Origin: a virus
Taxonomy: Duplodnaviria > Heunggongvirae > Uroviricota > Caudoviricetes
IMG/VR virus record: IMGVR_UViG_3300035498_001143
Length of the DNA: 64,000 nucleotides
Strand: one strand, 5' to 3'
Of the stretch, positions 19,441-28,155 are shown piece by piece. The first letter of the stretch is position 1, and each line of letters opens with the position of its first letter. Both the position numbers and the translations under genes were made by a program. Under the pieces are notes generated by a model that saw nothing but the letters and a program-made list of their open reading frames with translations, did not search any database and was not told the DNA's origin.

Positions 19441-20397
19441 TTGATTTTAGAAAATCAAACAGTTGTTATTCAATGGACGGGTCGTAATAGAAAAAAATAT
19501 GAAGAATTAGGCTATGTTTTTACTAAATTTGGAAACCCGTTAGAAATTAAAGTAGAACATTTACATAAAGGTTCTCACGAAGAAGTTTGGTATGAATGTG
19601 ACAATTGTCATAAAAAAGATAAAAGAGAATATAGAAAACTTTTTAAACAAGATATACATTATTGTAAAAAATGTTGTACTATTAGACGAGAAGAAACTTG
19701 TATGAAATTATACGGAGTAAAAAACACATTTCAGAGTGAAGAAAAAAAAGAAAAAATAAAACAAACTTGTATAAAAAAATATGGAGTAGACAGTCCTTTA
19801 AAAAACAAAGAAATACACGACAAAGTAGAAGCAACTTGTATGAAAAAATATGGCGTAAGAAATACTTTTCAAGTAAAAGAGTTTCAAGAAAAAAGTAGAC
19901 AAACAATACTTGAACGATATGGAGAAGATTATTATAAAGAAAAAGCACTTACAATGATAAGAACTTTAAATAATAAAAATAGCTCAACAAGAACATCTAA
20001 TAATCAAGCAAATATTTGTGAATGGACGAATGGTACATTAAACTATAAAATAAGTAGGTATTCTTTGGATATTAGAATAAATGATAAATTATATATTGAA
20101 TACGATGGTTCAGGACATACATTACCTGTCATTTTAAAACAAGTTTCTAAAAAAGTTTTTAAGAAAAAAGAATTATATAGAAATAAATATATGGAAAATT
20201 TAGGATATAAACTTATAAGGGTTATTAATCGTCAAGATATTGATTTAGATAAGGATGAATTTTTAAAGTTATATAATTTCTGCACCGATTATCTTAAAAA
20301 TACAGATTATAAGTGGATAAAGATATATTATGATAAACGACTTGTTATAAGTAATATTTTTAAAAAAACTTTTGATGAGGTGATAAATAATGAGTAA
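19441..20397 (+). CDS. free-standing homing-endonuclease-like protein: zinc ribbon, three ~30-aa KKYGV-N-FQ repeats, C-terminal Vsr/DUF559-like PD-(D/E)XK nuclease domain
   Basis: N-terminal CDNCH...CKKCC. Three repeats of the pattern TC[IM]KKYGV[DRK][NS][PT][FL][QK]. C-terminal LYIEYDGSGH...YMENLGYKLIRV resembles the DUF559/Vsr endonuclease core. The TTG start overlaps the gyrB start. Confidence 0.45.
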   Translation: MILENQTVVIQWTGRNRKKYEELGYVFTKFGNPLEIKVEHLHKGSHEEVWYECDNCHKKDKREYRKLFKQDIHYCKKCCTIRREETCMKLYGVKNTFQSEEKKEKIKQTCIKKYGVDSPLKNKEIHDKVEATCMKKYGVRNTFQVKEFQEKSRQTILERYGEDYYKEKALTMIRTLNNKNSSTRTSNNQANICEWTNGTLNYKISRYSLDIRINDKLYIEYDGSGHTLPVILKQVSKKVFKKKELYRNKYMENLGYKLIRVINRQDIDLDKDEFLKLYNFCTDYLKNTDYKWIKIYYDKRLVISNIFKKTFDEVINNE

Positions 20398-21706
20398 TAA
20401 TTATGATGTTGGGCAAATATCTTCCCTCGAAGGATTAACTTCAATCCGTCTTAAACCATCTATGTATATAGGTTCTACGTCACAAGAAGGTGTAAATCAA
20501 TTAGTTTATGAAGTATGGGATAATGCTCTTGATGAATATGTTGCAGGTTATGGTAATGAAGTAAACGTAGTTATTGATAAAGAAAATTATATATCTATTG
20601 AAGACCACGGTAGAGGTATTCCTGTTGGACCTCATCCAACTTGGAAAAATCCTGATGGTACTCCACAAGATACATTGACAGGTGTCCTGACTCGCATCCA
20701 TGCAGGAAGCAAATTCACCCACGATGGAAATTCAGGGTATTTTTCAGGAATTTCTGGTACGTTCGGGGTTGGAACAAAGTGTAATGTTGCTTTATCTGAT
20801 GATTTTATAGTTAGAGTGAAAAGAAATGGCAACATATATCAACAAACATTTAGTAAAGGTAAACCTACTTCAGAAGTTGAAATTGTTGGGAATGTTGAAA
20901 AAAATGATACAGGTACAACGATTAAATTTCATCCTGACCCTACGATATTTAAAACAACAATTCAGCCAAATGATAGAAAATTACAAAACAGACTTGATGA
21001 AATAACTTCTTTAAATACAGAGTTGAAAATTAATTATAAAAATGAATTGGCTAACGTAGATACAACATTTTATTATCCTAATGGTATAGCTGATTATATA
21101 AATAAAAAGTTATTAAAAGATAAAAAACTTTTATTCGAAGAACCAATTTATTATGCAGGTGAATATACTGATAATGATGAAATTATTAAAGTTGAATTTT
21201 CTTTTATGTATGTTGATGATGTGGAAAGTAATGAAATTATTAAAACATTTGCTAATAATGTATCAACAAAAGAACACGGTACACATTTAGTAGGTTTTAA
21301 AGAGGGTTATAAAGAAGCTATTAATCAATATGCAATAAGTAAAAAATGGATAACCGAACCAATTGAGATTAAATATTTAATGGATAACATTTGTTTAATT
21401 GTATCTGTTAAGTTAAGAGAATGTGAGCTTGACGGACAAACAAAAAATAAATTAGGTAATTTAATAGCTAAAGATGGTGTTGCTAATGTTGTTAAAGAAT
21501 ACTTTAATAAGTTAAGTAAAGAACAACAAGTAGTAATACAAACAATAGTTGAAAGAGCTAATAAAGTAAAAGAAGCAGAAGAAGCTGCAAGGAGAGCAAG
21601 AATAAATACAAGGACTGCTAATAAAATAAAGAAGATAGCATTACCTGGCAAACTTGCTGATTGTAGTAGTAATAAAGGATATAGTGAATTATTCTTAGTT
21701 GAAGGA
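20390..21706 (+). CDS. gyrB: DNA gyrase/topo II subunit B, exon 1 (GHKL ATPase, transducer, start of toprim up to ELFLVEG)
   Basis: GHKL ATPase motifs (EVWDNALDE, DHGRGIP, GTFGVGTK) then LADCSSNKGYSELFLVEG; the frame stops 2 codons later. Confidence 0.85.
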
Positions 21707-22091
21707 GTAGCCTAAAGGCAGAAACTCCCTATTAAGTAGTAATATTTAATAGAAAATTTCTTTAATTGCTGGAAGTTCCTAAAATTAATTATACTATTAA
21801 AATGTTTAATAGTTGCGAAAGTAGAAAAAAATAATTAAACGATATATGGTGATAGTAAACCTAAGTATTATAAGAAATAATAATTTCTAAAAATGGATAA
21901 TCAGCAACAAAATATATAAATAAAAAATATATATGTTCAACGACTATGCTTTAAAAGCAGTAGGATAAAAGTTTATCCGAAATGGGAAAATACTTAATGT
22001 TTAAGTATATGATATAGTCTATGCACTAATGAAAGTTAGTGAAAAACTAAATGTTTTTATTATAGTTTAACAAACTATGGTTAATGTAATT
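21707..22091 (+). ncRNA. ORF-less group I intron (subgroup IA-like) in gyrB
   Basis: P AATTGCTGGAAG (21763-21774) and Q AATCAGCAAC (21900-21909) form a 7-bp P4. R GTTCAACGACTATGC and S ATGATATAGTCTATGC form P7. A CTCC internal guide 18-21 nt into the intron pairs with exon GGAG. The intron ends in G. Excision restores EG|DSAGG in frame. Confidence 0.7.
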
Positions 22092-22160
22092 AGATTCTGC
22101 TGGTGGTTCTGCAAAGAACGCAAGATATAGAGAATTTCAAGCTATATTGCCATTAAGAGG
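22092..22160 (+). CDS. gyrB: gyrB exon 2 (24-aa micro-exon with toprim DSAGGSAK...LPLRGK)
   Basis: Encodes [23 protein letters not shown](K), the universally conserved toprim DxD/acidic segment of GyrB. Confidence 0.75.
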
Positions 22161-22471
22161 TAAAGGATTTGCCTCTACATTTCTAACTGTTTAATATAAC
22201 AGGGTATGCTTAAAAACGATTTAAATGCGTTTTGAAGCTTGCTAACGAGGAAAGCTTAACATTATACATATAAGTCAAAATATGTTCAGGTGAAGTCAAT
22301 CTCGTGCGAAATATAGCGATTTAATAATTGCTGTTCGTGTATCGACTATCCTAAGTTAGATTAGGAGTACAGGTTTTATAAAACTTGGAAATGGAATGAC
22401 CGTTTTAAAAAGTTTGACAAACTTATAGGTTAAGAAATAGTCAGTGCTATTAGAAATAATAGATTATAATG
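22161..22471 (+). ncRNA. second intervening sequence in gyrB, probably a self-splicing intron of uncertain class
   Basis: 311 nt with stops in all frames. The upstream exon ends in U and the element ends in G, as expected for group I. GACTA (22349-22353) and TAGTC (22436-22440) could form P7, but no clear P/Q. Excision joins RGK|ILNTEKA in frame. Confidence 0.45.
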
Positions 22472-23026
22472 AAAATCCTTAATACTGAAAAAGCCAGTTT
22501 TGAAAAAGCATTAAATTCAGATGTTATTAAATCATTTATTGCTGCAATAGGAACAGGTATAGGTAAGAATTTTAATATAGATAAATGTAGATATGATAAA
22601 ATAATTATGATGACTGATGCGGACGTTGACGGTTATCATATCTCAAACTTAATTTTAACTTTTATATATAATTATATGAGACCTTTAATTGAAAATGGTT
22701 ATATATATTTAACAGTACCACCTCTTTATAAGGTTATTACCAAAAAGGAAAGTCTTTATATAAGAGATGATATTGAATTAAAAGAATATAAAAAGAAACA
22801 CCCAAGAGAAAATTTAGAAGTACAAAGATTTAAGGGATTAGGAGAAATGGATTACGAAGAACTCAAAGTCACTACAATGGACCCAGCAACAAGAGTGTTA
22901 GAAAAGATTGCTATTGATGATGTTGAAGAAATGGTAGAAGCATTTAATGTATGTATGGGAAGTAATGTAGAGATAAGAAGAAAATTCATTGAAGAAAACG
23001 CTCAGTCAGTAAATTTAGATAATTAA
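22472..23026 (+). CDS. gyrB: gyrB exon 3 (rest of toprim and C-terminal tail)
   Basis: ILNTEKA...IGTGIGKNFN...IIMMTDADVDGYHI...PPLYKV are canonical GyrB toprim motifs. Confidence 0.85.
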   Translation, partial: KILNTEKASFEKALNSDVIKSFIAAIGTGIGKNFNIDKCRYDKIIMMTDADVDGYHISNLILTFIYNYMRPLIENGYIYLTVPPLYKVITKKESLYIRDDIELKEYKKKHPRENLEVQRFKGLGEMDYEELKVTTMDPATRVLEKIAIDDVEEMVEAFNVCMGSNVEIRRKFIEENAQSVNLDN

Positions 23027-23295
23027 AAATTCACTTTATCTTATTTTAAACAACAAAATAAGGAGTGTTAATATGAATAAGATAAAGAACAGATAAAATA
23101 AAACAGCTTCTGATGAAAAAATAACTTTTGATGAAGCTTGGAAAAAATTAGTAGAGATGGGTATGAGTGATGAAACATTACTTGTTGTTTCAAAGATATT
23201 AGGTAATACAGTAAAAACACTTGAAAAAGTTCTTTATGTAATGTATGGTTATCGTCACTTTGACCAACTTGATGATGAAGAATAATGTTTTAGAT

Positions 23296-23330
23296 AAAGT
23301 CTTACTTTTTAGTAAGGCTTTATTTTTTTA
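23296..23330 (+). terminator. rho-independent terminator
   Basis: aaagtcttact...agtaaggcttt plus T8. Confidence 0.55.
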
Positions 23331-23379
23331 TTTAAAAATAATATATTAAATTAAATAATTTAAAAAGGAGATAATTTTT

Positions 23380-23751
23380 ATGAGCTTGGCAAATATTTTA
23401 ACAGAAGCAGTAGACATTAATGTTATACCTAATGATAAAAAGCTTTATGTTGTTTATGATACAGAAGAAATTAAGTCTGATAAGAAATTGTTTGATGAAT
23501 TATTAGATTGGTTAAATGAAGATTGTTATAAAAATTATGATTATATTGCATTTTCTATTTATTTCTTTGATATAAAGGGTAATAATTATAACCCTGTTAT
23601 ACTTACAAATGGAAGTTTACAAATGGTAAATTATTCAGCGGTAGGTATGTATTCTTATAATGATTTTTATAATGCTAAGATTTTTAATAATAAAAATATT
23701 TTTGTTAATAACGGTGTTAATATTATTAATAGAGGCATTGACAAAGAATAA
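23380..23751 (+). CDS. hypothetical protein
   Basis: ORF with RBS aaaggag. Confidence 0.4.
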   Translation: MSLANILTEAVDINVIPNDKKLYVVYDTEEIKSDKKLFDELLDWLNEDCYKNYDYIAFSIYFFDIKGNNYNPVILTNGSLQMVNYSAVGMYSYNDFYNAKIFNNKNIFVNNGVNIINRGIDKE

Positions 23752-23788
23752 AAAATATGATATAATAAAAGTAAGGTGATAAAGATTT

Positions 23789-23953
23789 ATGGATAAAATA
23801 ATAGAGATAATTGTTTCAATGGTTTACTTATTTTCATTATTAATAGTGGCTATTTTTTATGGTATATTAGAATTTATAATACTTATCGTCTTACTTTTTT
23901 GTTTTGTAATTTATTTAATATATAATTATATAAAAAAGAAAGGTGGGAAATAA
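23789..23953 (+). CDS. small two-TM membrane protein (54 aa)
   Basis: ATG after RBS aaggtga; hydrophobic; its stop abuts the RNase H start. Confidence 0.3.
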   Translation: MDKIIEIIVSMVYLFSLLIVAIFYGILEFIILIVLLFCFVIYLIYNYIKKKGGK

Positions 23954-24418
23954 TTGAGAAAAGTTGTTGTTTATACAGATGGAGCTTGTTCAGGAAATCC
24001 TGGTAAAGGTGGATATGCTTTTATTCTAAGAACAAAGATTGAGGATAAAATACACGAAAAATCTTTTAGTAAAGGCTATCAAATGACAACTAATAATAGA
24101 ATGGAATTGTTGGGAGTTATAGATGCCTTATCAAGATTAAAATATCCTTGTGAAGTAACTGTTTATTGTGACAGTCAGTATGTAGTAAATGCAATAAATA
24201 AAAATTGGTTGCAAGGTTGGATAAATAATAATTGGAAAAATGGTTCTGTAAAGAATGTTGATTTATGGAAAAAACTTTTACCTCTCTTAGGAGAACATAC
24301 AGTAAAGTTTGTGTGGGTAAAAGGTCATAGTGACAATATTTTTAATAATAGATGTGACGAATTAGCTGTACAGGCTATGAGTGGTGAATTATTTGTTGAC
24401 GAGGGATATAATAAATAG
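23954..24418 (+). CDS. rnhA: ribonuclease HI
   Basis: TDGAC(S)GNPG, ...ELLGVIDAL..., ...GH..N.FNNRCDELA: the four RNase H catalytic carboxylate motifs. TTG start after RBS aaaggtgg. Confidence 0.85.
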   Translation: MRKVVVYTDGACSGNPGKGGYAFILRTKIEDKIHEKSFSKGYQMTTNNRMELLGVIDALSRLKYPCEVTVYCDSQYVVNAINKNWLQGWINNNWKNGSVKNVDLWKKLLPLLGEHTVKFVWVKGHSDNIFNNRCDELAVQAMSGELFVDEGYNK

Positions 24419-24433
24419 AAAGGAGTAATATTT

Positions 24434-24616
24434 ATGCAAGCACCTGAATTAGAAATTCAATATAAGCAAGTTGTTCATAAAGAAACAGGAAAATTATTTA
24501 CTGTATATAACGTAAGAGATAAAAATGGTTTTCCATTTTTCTTAATATTTGATAATAATGAATGGAAATATGTTTCTGCTAAATATTTTACTCCTATGGT
24601 ATGGAGAAATATATAA
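24434..24616 (+). CDS. hypothetical protein
   Basis: ORF. Confidence 0.3.
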   Translation: MQAPELEIQYKQVVHKETGKLFTVYNVRDKNGFPFFLIFDNNEWKYVSAKYFTPMVWRNI

Positions 24617-24631
24617 GGAATTGATAAATGT

Positions 24632-25114
24632 ATGCAGATAAATAAACAAAATAAAATATGTTTCTTTTGTGATAATTGTTTTAATACTTACTTTATTGAT
24701 TTGGACGTAAAAAATCATAATTTAGAATATCCTTATATATTTGTTTCTATGTATTGTACTAATTGTGAATCAGAAGGTAATGTTTTTGAAGTTGACGAAA
24801 ATATTATTGATAGTATCGCCTTACTTAATAAAAAAGGGTATACTACAAGATATTCTTGTAGTGGTCACGAATATGAGGACGATTCGGCAGGATATATTCA
24901 ATTCGAAAGTAGTATGAAGAATAAAGAAATATTTAAAACATTACCTGATAGTTGGGTATTAGAAGATTTAACAAATAAAAAGGATATTTATAAATCTTAT
25001 ATAATACGACAAAAAGATAAATTAGGTAAGCATTTTACTAATGAACAATTATTAAAGGTAAATAATGAATTATATAATTGGGTAGTAAGTTTACCAAATA
25101 TAAGAAAGGAATAA
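24632..25114 (+). CDS. hypothetical Cys-rich protein
   Basis: CFFCDNC...CTNC. Confidence 0.4.
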   Translation: MQINKQNKICFFCDNCFNTYFIDLDVKNHNLEYPYIFVSMYCTNCESEGNVFEVDENIIDSIALLNKKGYTTRYSCSGHEYEDDSAGYIQFESSMKNKEIFKTLPDSWVLEDLTNKKDIYKSYIIRQKDKLGKHFTNEQLLKVNNELYNWVVSLPNIRKE

Positions 25115-25116
25115 AA

Positions 25117-25341
25117 ATGAGAGATAAAAATAGATTGTATGACTTTTATGATGAATTAAGAGATATACATATAAAATATTTTCCTGATTTAAGATTTACT
25201 CAACTTGTTGAAGTTGTTAATAATTATATAACTAAATATCATTATGTAGATTCTTTTTATGTGGAAGAAAAAGCTTTCATTGGATATTTAAAAGAATATA
25301 CTAAACAAATTGTTGGTGATAAATACGAAGAAAGAGGGTAG
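25117..25341 (+). CDS. hypothetical protein
   Basis: ATG after RBS aaggaat. Confidence 0.35.
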   Translation: MRDKNRLYDFYDELRDIHIKYFPDLRFTQLVEVVNNYITKYHYVDSFYVEEKAFIGYLKEYTKQIVGDKYEERG

Positions 25342-25365
25342 AAAAAACTACCCTCTATTTTTTAT
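25332..25365 (+). terminator. rho-independent terminator
   Basis: agagggtag...ctaccctct plus T7. Confidence 0.6.
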
Positions 25366-25439
25366 TCTCCTAAAAGTTTATTTATTTCTTCCAATCTTGC
25401 AAGTAACTTGTTCTTTTCTTCGATAAGTTTATCTCTATC

Positions 25440-25599
25440 ATTTACTTTCCAATATATTAGTATTAATACGAACTATGAGAAATTTTATGTTGAGGGTACA
25501 GCGACATTTACTTTCCAATATATTAGTATTAATACCCTTTAATGATATATTGATTTGATTATCATTTGTATTTACTTTCCAATATATTAGTATTAATAC
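25440..25599 (-). CRISPR. mini CRISPR-like array A: 3 identical 30-nt repeats, spacers of 36 and 34 nt; transcribed leftward from the leader at 25600-26034
   Basis: Repeat ATTTACTTTCCAATATATTAGTATTAATAC at 25440-25469, 25506-25535 and 25570-25599. The minus-strand form GTATTAATACTAATATATTGGAAAGTAAAT ends in ...GTAAAT like clostridial type I-B repeats. The spacers are unique. Confidence 0.55.
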
Positions 25600-26034
25600 A
25601 CGTTCAGTATACAGCAGTATTTTTTATCGATATTTCAAATACCAATATTGTCGAACCTATTGAAAAGTTGATTTCAAACATTATTCTTTATTCATCATTT
25701 ACTTTATTCTCACAAAAACATAAGTAAACAAAGTGTTTTCAAACTTTCTGTCTATCTCTTAGTAATTTTACATTACTATACATCGACAGAATTGAAAAAC
25801 TAAAAAAATAAAAAGTATTCATACCATATATTGAATTTGGTGAGTGGTGGGCTACTACTCGTCATTTTTGGTGTAGTCTTAAAATTCTACAGCGGTGTTG
25901 AACTGTATGTGATATGAGTTACCCTCACCCTACGGACGGCAAATCGCCCGAAGTCACCAATTAAGGTGCTTATAAAAAAATGATTTTAAAAACTTACAAT
26001 ATTATAATATCACAACTACTTTTATTTGTCAAGT
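25600..26034 (-). promoter_or_regulatory. conserved ~430-bp CRISPR leader with distal consensus promoter (TTGACA 26032-26027, TATTAT 26009-26004, minus strand) and a proximal TTGAAA/TATACT-like promoter next to the first repeat
   Basis: About 90 percent identical to 42549-42990, which follows array B. Contains a 9-bp inverted repeat (aattctgtc/gacagaatt) and a GC-rich segment. Confidence 0.5.
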
Positions 26035-26100
26035 GTTTTTTAGTAATTTTATGGTTTAATTTGTTTATTATTTAAATAAAAAATATAAGGAGTAATTGAA

Positions 26101-26880
26101 ATGAAAAGATTGGTTAGAAAGTCTGCTAATGTTAATATACACGAAGCTATTGGTAATGCAATAAAGAAAATTGGTGATATTGATAGTGCAAAAACTATTG
26201 TTAATAATTTTATCGAAGATATCTTAACCGCCTATGATGAAGAATTAATTAACGATGATTATGCTTTATATTTATTAGGTGAATTTGAGAAGAATCCTAA
26301 TGTTGATATTTTTTCTATTATTGATAGTGAGGAAGAAGAATTAGTTGCTGCTTCTGTAAAAACAGCGGATGATGAAAAAGATAAAACTGAATTAGAGAAA
26401 TTTAGAGACCGTTTAGATAAGAAAGACAAAAAGGAAAAAGAAGATTATGACAATTTGCCTTTCAAGGGTAAGGTTAAACATCATTTTGATAAGGCTAAAG
26501 CATTATATAAAGAGTTCTTTGCTGAAAAATTAGATGATATGGTTGTAATAAAAGTTCCCAGCATTACTCATAATCGTGATGAAAATGGTAAGTTAATTCC
26601 TCTTACGGATGCAGAAAGACAGAAGTATATAAATTTAACAATAGAACTGTTAAATGCTGCTTTCTTTGGTAGTTCAAGTAGAGAAGAATCAGGTACTTGG
26701 CTTGATGACAAGACAAAGGAGAATGTAGTAGAAGTATCAGAAACTATTTATTCTTATTGTTCAAAGAAAAACTTAAAAGCTCACGAACACGAAATTGTTG
26801 AGTTATGTAAGGAAATGAAAGAGAATTTAAGTCAGGATAGTATTTGTTTAACAATGCACGGTAGAACACAATTTATTTAA
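26101..26880 (+). CDS. hypothetical protein
   Basis: ORF with RBS aaggag. Confidence 0.4.
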   Translation: MKRLVRKSANVNIHEAIGNAIKKIGDIDSAKTIVNNFIEDILTAYDEELINDDYALYLLGEFEKNPNVDIFSIIDSEEEELVAASVKTADDEKDKTELEKFRDRLDKKDKKEKEDYDNLPFKGKVKHHFDKAKALYKEFFAEKLDDMVVIKVPSITHNRDENGKLIPLTDAERQKYINLTIELLNAAFFGSSSREESGTWLDDKTKENVVEVSETIYSYCSKKNLKAHEHEIVELCKEMKENLSQDSICLTMHGRTQFI

Positions 26881-26903
26881 AAAGAATTTTTTAAATATTA
26901 AAA

Positions 26904-26938
26904 TAAAGGGTGGAAATAATATCCACCCTTTTATTTTT
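26904..26938. terminator. bidirectional rho-independent terminator
   Basis: aagggtgga...tccaccctt flanked by A and T runs; lies between convergent genes. Confidence 0.6.
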
Positions 26939-27533
26939 AAAGCTTTGTTTCAGTATAACTTGCAAAGTATGGTGCTACCATATTTTCATACAACATAATA
27001 TGTTCTTTCTTTTCAAAACTTGCAAGCCAATTTAAAACACAATTTTCAATATAAAAATCTCTTGAAGTTGACTTAGAAGTTCCACCATTTTCTTTTACAT
27101 TAAGTATATCCTTTTTGTTTTCTTCGATAAAGTTCATAAAATCATCAAAATATATATAAGGACTCATTCCTAAGTCTTGAAGCTTTGTATTACATTCAAC
27201 TACTCTTTGAATGAGTGAAACAAATAGAGAGTCTTTACCATAAGTATCTATAATGTTTAAAAATTTATTGATAGTTTCTTCATTTTGGTAAATAAGATTA
27301 TTGATTTTTAAATATCTAAGACTTCGCCAATATTTAAAATCATACTTTTTATATATTTCAAAATGTTCAGGCTGATTTCCGTAGAGGATAAGACAATCTA
27401 CACCTGCGTTTTCAATATCTTTTATTTGCTTTTCATTCAACATAGGCTTAATAAGTTCAAATATTTCATTTTCTTTATTTAGTAGTTCTTTTGTTGATGA
27501 TTGATTTGCTTTCATAATTTTTAAATTTCTCAT
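26937..27533 (-). CDS. hypothetical protein
   Basis: Minus-strand ORF with RBS aaaggagg, preceded by a minus-strand promoter. Confidence 0.45.
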   Translation of the reverse strand: MRNLKIMKANQSSTKELLNKENEIFELIKPMLNEKQIKDIENAGVDCLILYGNQPEHFEIYKKYDFKYWRSLRYLKINNLIYQNEETINKFLNIIDTYGKDSLFVSLIQRVVECNTKLQDLGMSPYIYFDDFMNFIEENKKDILNVKENGGTSKSTSRDFYIENCVLNWLASFEKKEHIMLYENMVAPYFASYTETKL

Positions 27534-27579
27534 ATATAAATTCCTCCTTTATAATTACCTGTTTATTTATTGTAAACAC

Positions 27580-27608
27580 ATTATATCACTTTTATTAAAG
27601 TTTGTCAA
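27580..27608 (-). promoter_or_regulatory. sigma70 promoter TTGACA-17-TATAAT on minus strand
   Basis: Reverse complement of 27580-27608 reads TTGACAaactttaataaaagtgaTATAAT. Confidence 0.55.
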
Positions 27609-27681
27609 GTATTTTTTAAATATTTTTTATTAAAAAAAATAAATATTTCAATTATATAAGAAAAAAGCGAGGTGAAAAAGA

Positions 27682-28155
27682 ATGAGTAAATATAGTGGAA
27701 AATGTGATTTCTATGATATAATTGAAATTCACGGTATAGATAAAATATTAAATAGTAGGGTTTTTGTTGGCGATGAAGAAGTATTTTTAAAATCAGAAAA
27801 AGATTGTATTAAATATTATCCTTATGTTGTTTCTACTTCTCATACAGATAAGGACGGTGGTACATTTCATTTAACAGATAGGTCTTGGGTAGATATTGAA
27901 GAAGAAGGAATGTTGAAAATTTATTTAAATATATTTATTAGATACTTTAATAAATGCAAAAGAAATAATATAGAATATAAGATAGAAGATGCTGTTAAGC
28001 AAACATTAAGTAATGATGAAAAAGCCGTTTTAGAATTAGCTAATAGAGTAAAAGATAATGGTAAAACCGCTACTTATGAAGGCGTACATTTAAAATTGTA
28101 TGATTATTATAGGAATCTTTTAAATGATAAATTAAAGGAGGTTGATAATCTTTGA
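27682..28155 (+). CDS. hypothetical protein
   Basis: ORF with RBS. Confidence 0.4.
   Translation: MSKYSGKCDFYDIIEIHGIDKILNSRVFVGDEEVFLKSEKDCIKYYPYVVSTSHTDKDGGTFHLTDRSWVDIEEEGMLKIYLNIFIRYFNKCKRNNIEYKIEDAVKQTLSNDEKAVLELANRVKDNGKTATYEGVHLKLYDYYRNLLNDKLKEVDNL

Noticed and set aside
21707-22091. T4 gene-60-style translational bypass as an explanation for the gyrB gap
   Set aside because: The gap is 385 nt, against 50 nt in T4, and contains a complete group I P/Q/R/S core. An intron is the far simpler explanation.
21707-22471. Inteins in gyrB/gyrA
   Set aside because: The insertions carry stop codons in all frames and are not in frame with the host protein, so they cannot be protein-level inteins.
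23073-23284. Small ORFs between gyrB and the 23380 gene (MNKIKNR, and a 44-aa MGMSDETLLVV...)
   Set aside because: They have no convincing start or RBS for a product of at least 60 aa. The region may be a decayed gene or a 3' UTR ending at the 23296 terminator.
25440-25599. Interpreting the 30-bp repeats as replication iterons rather than CRISPR
   Set aside because: Not fully excluded. However, the spacers are unique and of CRISPR-like length, the repeat has a type I-B-like 3' tag, and each array has a long conserved leader with promoters. The separate DnaA-box cluster at 45.7-45.9 kb is a better origin candidate.
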